A stretch of 64,000 bases of DNA from Naegleria gruberi (lineage: Eukaryota), in NCBI GenBank assembly GCA_000004985.1, contig GG738852.1; one strand, given 5' to 3'. Position 1 is the first letter of the stretch, and every line of letters begins with the position of its first letter. This document shows, piece after piece, positions 57,543 to 64,000 of this stretch. The notes under the pieces are model-generated. The model worked only from the letters and a program-made list of their open reading frames with translations. It had not been told where the DNA came from and did not search any database. The position numbers and the translations under genes are program-made.

Positions 57543-60500
57543 NNNNNNNNNNNNNNNNNNNNNNNNNNNNNNNNNNNNNNNNNNNNNNNNNNNNNNNNNN
57601 NNNNNNNNNNNNNNNNNNNNNNNNNNNNNNNNNNNNNNNNNNNNNNNNNNNNNNNNNNNNNNNNNNNNNNNNNNNNNNNNNNNNNNNNNNNNNNNNNNNN
57701 NNNNNNNNNNNNNNNNNNNNNNNNNNNNNNNNNNNNNNNNNNNNNNNNNNNNNNNNNNNNNNNNNNNNNNNNNNNNNNNNNNNNNNNNNNNNNNNNNNNN
57801 NNNNNNNNNNNNNNNNNNNNNNNNNNNNNNNNNNNNNNNNNNNNNNNNNNNNNNNNNNNNNNNNNNNNNNNNNNNNNNNNNNNNNNNNNNNNNNNNNNNN
57901 NNNNNNNNNNNNNNNNNNNNNNNNNNNNNNNNNNNNNNNNNNNNNNNNNNNNNNNNNNNNNNNNNNNNNNNNNNNNNNNNNNNNNNNNNNNNNNNNNNNN
58001 NNNNNNNNNNNNNNNNNNNNNNNNNNNNNNNNNNNNNNNNNNNNNNNNNNNNNNNNNNNNNNNNNNNNNNNNNNNNNNNNNNNNNNNNNNNNNNNNNNNN
58101 NNNNNNNNNNNNNNNNNNNNNNNNNNNNNNNNNNNNNNNNNNNNNNNNNNNNNNNNNNNNNNNNNNNNNNNNNNNNNNNNNNNNNNNNNNNNNNNNNNNN
58201 NNNNNNNNNNNNNNNNNNNNNNNNNNNNNNNNNNNNNNNNNNNNNNNNNNNNNNNNNNNNNNNNNNNNNNNNNNNNNNNNNNNNNNNNNNNNNNNNNNNN
58301 NNNNNNNNNNNNNNNNNNNNNNNNNNNNNNNNNNNNNNNNNNNNNNNNNNNNNNNNNNNNNNNNNNNNNNNNNNNNNNNNNNNNNNNNNNNNNNNNNNNN
58401 NNNNNNNNNNNNNNNNNNNNNNNNNNNNNNNNNNNNNNNNNNNNNNNNNNNNNNNNNNNNNNNNNNNNNNNNNNNNNNNNNNNNNNNNNNNNNNNNNNNN
58501 NNNNNNNNNNNNNNNNNNNNNNNNNNNNNNNNNNNNNNNNNNNNNNNNNNNNNNNNNNNNNNNNNNNNNNNNNNNNNNNNNNNNNNNNNNNNNNNNNNNN
58601 NNNNNNNNNNNNNNNNNNNNNNNNNNNNNNNNNNNNNNNNNNNNNNNNNNNNNNNNNNNNNNNNNNNNNNNNNNNNNNNNNNNNNNNNNNNNNNNNNNNN
58701 NNNNNNNNNNNNNNNNNNNNNNNNNNNNNNNNNNNNNNNNNNNNNNNNNNNNNNNNNNNNNNNNNNNNNNNNNNNNNNNNNNNNNNNNNNNNNNNNNNNN
58801 NNNNNNNNNNNNNNNNNNNNNNNNNNNNNNNNNNNNNNNNNNNNNNNNNNNNNNNNNNNNNNNNNNNNNNNNNNNNNNNNNNNNNNNNNNNNNNNNNNNN
58901 NNNNNNNNNNNNNNNNNNNNNNNNNNNNNNNNNNNNNNNNNNNNNNNNNNNNNNNNNNNNNNNNNNNNNNNNNNNNNNNNNNNNNNNNNNNNNNNNNNNN
59001 NNNNNNNNNNNNNNNNNNNNNNNNNNNNNNNNNNNNNNNNNNNNNNNNNNNNNNNNNNNNNNNNNNNNNNNNNNNNNNNNNNNNNNNNNNNNNNNNNNNN
59101 NNNNNNNNNNNNNNNNNNNNNNNNNNNNNNNNNNNNNNNNNNNNNNNNNNNNNNNNNNNNNNNNNNNNNNNNNNNNNNNNNNNNNNNNNNNNNNNNNNNN
59201 NNNNNNNNNNNNNNNNNNNNNNNNNNNNNNNNNNNNNNNNNNNNNNNNNNNNNNNNNNNNNNNNNNNNNNNNNNNNNNNNNNNNNNNNNNNNNNNNNNNN
59301 NNNNNNNNNNNNNNNNNNNNNNNNNNNNNNNNNNNNNNNNNNNNNNNNNNNNNNNNNNNNNNNNNNNNNNNNNNNNNNNNNNNNNNNNNNNNNNNNNNNN
59401 NNNNNNNNNNNNNNNNNNNNNNNNNNNNNNNNNNNNNNNNNNNNNNNNNNNNNNNNNNNNNNNNNNNNNNNNNNNNNNNNNNNNNNNNNNNNNNNNNNNN
59501 NNNNNNNNNNNNNNNNNNNNNNNNNNNNNNNNNNNNNNNNNNNNNNNNNNNNNNNNNNNNNNNNNNNNNNNNNNNNNNNNNNNNNNNNNNNNNNNNNNNN
59601 NNNNNNNNNNNNNNNNNNNNNNNNNNNNNNNNNNNNNNNNNNNNNNNNNNNNNNNNNNNNNNNNNNNNNNNNNNNNNNNNNNNNNNNNNNNNNNNNNNNN
59701 NNNNNNNNNNNNNNNNNNNNNNNNNNNNNNNNNNNNNNNNNNNNNNNNNNNNNNNNNNNNNNNNNNNNNNNNNNNNNNNNNNNNNNNNNNNNNNNNNNNN
59801 NNNNNNNNNNNNNNNNNNNNNNNNNNNNNNNNNNNNNNNNNNNNNNNNNNNNNNNNNNNNNNNNNNNNNNNNNNNNNNNNNNNNNNNNNNNNNNNNNNNN
59901 NNNNNNNNNNNNNNNNNNNNNNNNNNNNNNNNNNNNNNNNNNNNNNNNNNNNNNNNNNNNNNNNNNNNNNNNNNNNNNNNNNNNNNNNNNNNNNNNNNNN
60001 NNNNNNNNNNNNNNNNNNNNNNNNNNNNNNNNNNNNNNNNNNNNNNNNNNNNNNNNNNNNNNNNNNNNNNNNNNNNNNNNNNNNNNNNNNNNNNNNNNNN
60101 NNNNNNNNNNNNNNNNNNNNNNNNNNNNNNNNNNNNNNNNNNNNNNNNNNNNNNNNNNNNNNNNNNNNNNNNNNNNNNNNNNNNNNNNNNNNNNNNNNNN
60201 NNNNNNNNNNNNNNNNNNNNNNNNNNNNNNNNNNNNNNNNNNNNNNNNNNNNNNNNNNNNNNNNNNNNNNNNNNNNNNNNNNNNNNNNNNNNNNNNNNNN
60301 NNNNNNNNNNNNNNNNNNNNNNNNNNNNNNNNNNNNNNNNNNNNNNNNNNNNNNNNNNNNNNNNNNNNNNNNNNNNNNNNNNNNNNNNNNNNNNNNNNNN
60401 NNNNNNNNNNNNNNNNNNNNNNNNNNNNNNNNNNNNNNNNNNNNNNNNNNNNNNNNNNNNNNNNNNNNNNNNNNNNNNNNNNNNNNNNNNNNNNNNNNNN

Positions 60501-62998
60501 NNNNNNNNNNNNNNNNNNNNNNNNNNNNNNNNNNNNNNNNNNNNNNNNNNNNNNNNNNNNNNNNNNNNNNNNNNNNNNNNNNNNNNNNNNNNNNNNNNNN
60601 NNNNNNNNNNNNNNNNNNNNNNNNNNNNNNNNNNNNNNNNNNNNNNNNNNNNNNNNNNNNNNNNNNNNNNNNNNNNNNNNNNNNNNNNNNNNNNNNNNNN
60701 NNNNNNNNNNNNNNNNNNNNNNNNNNNNNNNNNNNNNNNNNNNNNNNNNNNNNNNNNNNNNNNNNNNNNNNNNNNNNNNNNNNNNNNNNNNNNNNNNNNN
60801 NNNNNNNNNNNNNNNNNNNNNNNNNNNNNNNNNNNNNNNNNNNNNNNNNNNNNNNNNNNNNNNNNNNNNNNNNNNNNNNNNNNNNNNNNNNNNNNNNNNN
60901 NNNNNNNNNNNNNNNNNNNNNNNNNNNNNNNNNNNNNNNNNNNNNNNNNNNNNNNNNNNNNNNNNNNNNNNNNNNNNNNNNNNNNNNNNNNNNNNNNNNN
61001 NNNNNNNNNNNNNNNNNNNNNNNNNNNNNNNNNNNNNNNNNNNNNNNNNNNNNNNNNNNNNNNNNNNNNNNNNNNNNNNNNNNNNNNNNNNNNNNNNNNN
61101 NNNNNNNNNNNNNNNNNNNNNNNNNNNNNNNNNNNNNNNNNNNNNNNNNNNNNNNNNNNNNNNNNNNNNNNNNNNNNNNNNNNNNNNNNNNNNNNNNNNN
61201 NNNNNNNNNNNNNNNNNNNNNNNNNNNNNNNNNNNNNNNNNNNNNNNNNNNNNNNNNNNNNNNNNNNNNNNNNNNNNNNNNNNNNNNNNNNNNNNNNNNN
61301 NNNNNNNNNNNNNNNNNNNNNNNNNNNNNNNNNNNNNNNNNNNNNNNNNNNNNNNNNNNNNNNNNNNNNNNNNNNNNNNNNNNNNNNNNNNNNNNNNNNN
61401 NNNNNNNNNNNNNNNNNNNNNNNNNNNNNNNNNNNNNNNNNNNNNNNNNNNNNNNNNNNNNNNNNNNNNNNNNNNNNNNNNNNNNNNNNNNNNNNNNNNN
61501 NNNNNNNNNNNNNNNNNNNNNNNNNNNNNNNNNNNNNNNNNNNNNNNNNNNNNNNNNNNNNNNNNNNNNNNNNNNNNNNNNNNNNNNNNNNNNNNNNNNN
61601 NNNNNNNNNNNNNNNNNNNNNNNNNNNNNNNNNNNNNNNNNNNNNNNNNNNNNNNNNNNNNNNNNNNNNNNNNNNNNNNNNNNNNNNNNNNNNNNNNNNN
61701 NNNNNNNNNNNNNNNNNNNNNNNNNNNNNNNNNNNNNNNNNNNNNNNNNNNNNNNNNNNNNNNNNNNNNNNNNNNNNNNNNNNNNNNNNNNNNNNNNNNN
61801 NNNNNNNNNNNNNNNNNNNNNNNNNNNNNNNNNNNNNNNNNNNNNNNNNNNNNNNNNNNNNNNNNNNNNNNNNNNNNNNNNNNNNNNNNNNNNNNNNNNN
61901 NNNNNNNNNNNNNNNNNNNNNNNNNNNNNNNNNNNNNNNNNNNNNNNNNNNNNNNNNNNNNNNNNNNNNNNNNNNNNNNNNNNNNNNNNNNNNNNNNNNN
62001 NNNNNNNNNNNNNNNNNNNNNNNNNNNNNNNNNNNNNNNNNNNNNNNNNNNNNNNNNNNNNNNNNNNNNNNNNNNNNNNNNNNNNNNNNNNNNNNNNNNN
62101 NNNNNNNNNNNNNNNNNNNNNNNNNNNNNNNNNNNNNNNNNNNNNNNNNNNNNNNNNNNNNNNNNNNNNNNNNNNNNNNNNNNNNNNNNNNNNNNNNNNN
62201 NNNNNNNNNNNNNNNNNNNNNNNNNNNNNNNNNNNNNNNNNNNNNNNNNNNNNNNNNNNNNNNNNNNNNNNNNNNNNNNNNNNNNNNNNNNNNNNNNNNN
62301 NNNNNNNNNNNNNNNNNNNNNNNNNNNNNNNNNNNNNNNNNNNNNNNNNNNNNNNNNNNNNNNNNNNNNNNNNNNNNNNNNNNNNNNNNNNNNNNNNNNN
62401 NNNNNNNNNNNNNNNNNNNNNNNNNNNNNNNNNNNNNNNNNNNNNNNNNNNNNNNNNNNNNNNNNNNNNNNNNNNNNNNNNNNNNNNNNNNNNNNNNNNN
62501 NNNNNNNNNNNNNNNNNNNNNNNNNNNNNNNNNNNNNNNNNNNNNNNNNNNNNNNNNNNNNNNNNNNNNNNNNNNNNNNNNNNNNNNNNNNNNNNNNNNN
62601 NNNNNNNNNNNNNNNNNNNNNNNNNNNNNNNNNNNNNNNNNNNNNNNNNNNNNNNNNNNNNNNNNNNNNNNNNNNNNNNNNNNNNNNNNNNNNNNNNNNN
62701 NNNNNNNNNNNNNNNNNNNNNNNNNNNNNNNNNNNNNNNNNNNNNNNNNNNNNNNNNNNNNNNNNNNNNNNNNNNNNNNNNNNNNNNNNNNNNNNNNNNN
62801 NNNNNNNNNNNNNNNNNNNNNNNNNNNNNNNNNNNNNNNNNNNNNNNNNNNNNNNNNNNNNNNNNNNNNNNNNNNNNNNNNNNNNNNNNNNNNNNNNNNN
62901 NNNNNNNNNNNNNNNNNNNNNNNNNNNNNNNNNNNNNNNNNNNNNNNNNNNNNNNNNNNNNNNNNNNNNNNNNNNNNNNNNNNNNNNNNNNNNNNNNN
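57543..62998. other. Assembly gap (5456 N).
   Basis: Run of n. Confidence 1.
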
Positions 62999-63204
62999 GA
63001 TGAGAAACTCAAAAGTTATAGTTGACCTATTGTACCTCACAACTTCCCTTTTCACTTGATACTTTTATACCTACAGACATGAACTTTTGAAATTTTATAT
63101 GAAAGTGATTATGAATGTTGTTAACGATGATATAGACTATATAATCTCATTAAAGGATTTTGAAATTATCATTCTTCCTATAGTTGTATATTTGAAATTT
63201 TAAT

Positions 63205-63545
63205 CTGATATTATTTACAAAGTTAATATTTTATAAATTGAAAAACTAAATATACCACGTTGTTCTACTCATCATTTCCTATCGAATGATATAAAATTTA
63301 ATGATATTTGAATAAGTTTATAATTTTGGGCTAGGGTTTGAACGTTGGGTTTAGAAGAATTGGGTTTGGATTAGAGTTGTTTTGATTTGTTACTTCGGTG
63401 GCACCATGGTCTTTATGATCTAATATAGAGTCTTTAAGTGAATCTTGGGCTTTTGGAAAGGTTTTTCAGTAAAGTTTTAAAAAAAGTATATACTTTCTAT
63501 CTAGATATCGAGATTTGGTGTATTTGTTGTTTGCATTGTTATTTG
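63205..63545. repeat. Subtelomeric repeat element X, copy 2.
   Basis: See 55275-55620. Confidence 0.85.
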
Positions 63546-63683
63546 GAAAGTGGTAAAGATTTCGATATTCTTTGTTGGGTTTGGTTATCGTTTCGTACTC
63601 ATTGGATCTTCATTATTATTGAAATACATAATCAATGATATACATCATTAAATAGGTTACAATCTCAGCTATCCAGTGGGCTA

Positions 63684-64000
63684 GGTTGGGTTTGGGTTTG
63701 GGTTTGGGTTTGGGTTTGGGTTTGGGTTTGGGTTTGGGTTTGGGTTTGGGTTTGGGTTTGGGTTTGGGTTTGGGTTTGGGTTTGGGTTTGGGTTTGGGTT
63801 TGGGTTTGGGTTTGGGTTTGGGTTTGGGTTTGGGTTTGGGTTTGGGTTTGGGTTTGGGTTTGGGTTTGGGTTTGGGTTTGGGTTTGGGTTTGGGTTTGGG
63901 TTTGGGTTTGGGTTTGGGTTTGGGTTTGGGTTTGGGTTTGGGTTTGGGTTTGGGTTTGGGTTTGGGTTTGGGTTTGGGTTGGGTTTGGGTTTGGGTTTGC
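63684..64000 (+). repeat. Terminal telomere-like array (GGGTTT)n running to the end of the window, G-strand 5'->3' toward the end.
   Basis: About 50 perfect hexamer units. One 5-nt variant (gggtt) near 63975. Confidence 0.95.

Overview
This window is eukaryotic nuclear DNA. There is no prokaryotic gene system here: no operons, CRISPR, RM, toxin-antitoxin or transposase, and no recognisable mobile element. Genes are spaced 0.2-0.6 kb apart on both strands, and several carry short GT...AG introns of about 47-220 bp with AT-rich ends. TAA/TGA/TAG act as stops. There is one Pol III-type tRNA followed by a T-rich terminator. The DNA is AT-rich and the proteins carry poly-N/Q/S/acidic tracts. The gene repertoire (RasGEF, F-box, RGS, vWA, DUF4116 repeats) looks like a dictyostelid-type amoebozoan. 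I cannot name the species.

Positions 1-52.3 kb hold about 30 protein-coding genes. I recognise ALDH7/antiquitin, UBC13/UBE2N (5 exons), a SWEET transporter, an F-box+RasGEF protein, PRP38, a RING-H2 protein, MFAP1, stomatin-like protein 2, a GT61 glycosyltransferase, a VIT+vWA protein, a divergent actin with an apparent 1-nt frameshift, the mitochondrial pyruvate carrier, a DUF4116-repeat family, and an RCC1-like protein. The most distinctive feature is a cluster of three paralogous seven-transmembrane receptors with a C-terminal RGS domain (35.6-45.6 kb), interleaved with a secreted Q-rich/RPYY-repeat protein.

From about 52.5 kb onward the window is a chromosome end. It starts with an actin pseudogene fragment. 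It then has two families of subtelomeric repeats, an imperfect palindrome at each repeat/telomere junction, an internal (GGGTTT)n array, and a terminal (GGGTTT)n array that runs to the window end. Three runs of N (assembly gaps) break this region.

The supplied ORF track uses non-ATG starts (TTG/GTG) for several ORFs, so I moved those starts to the first in-frame ATG. Splice-junction coordinates are read by eye and may be off by 1-2 nt.
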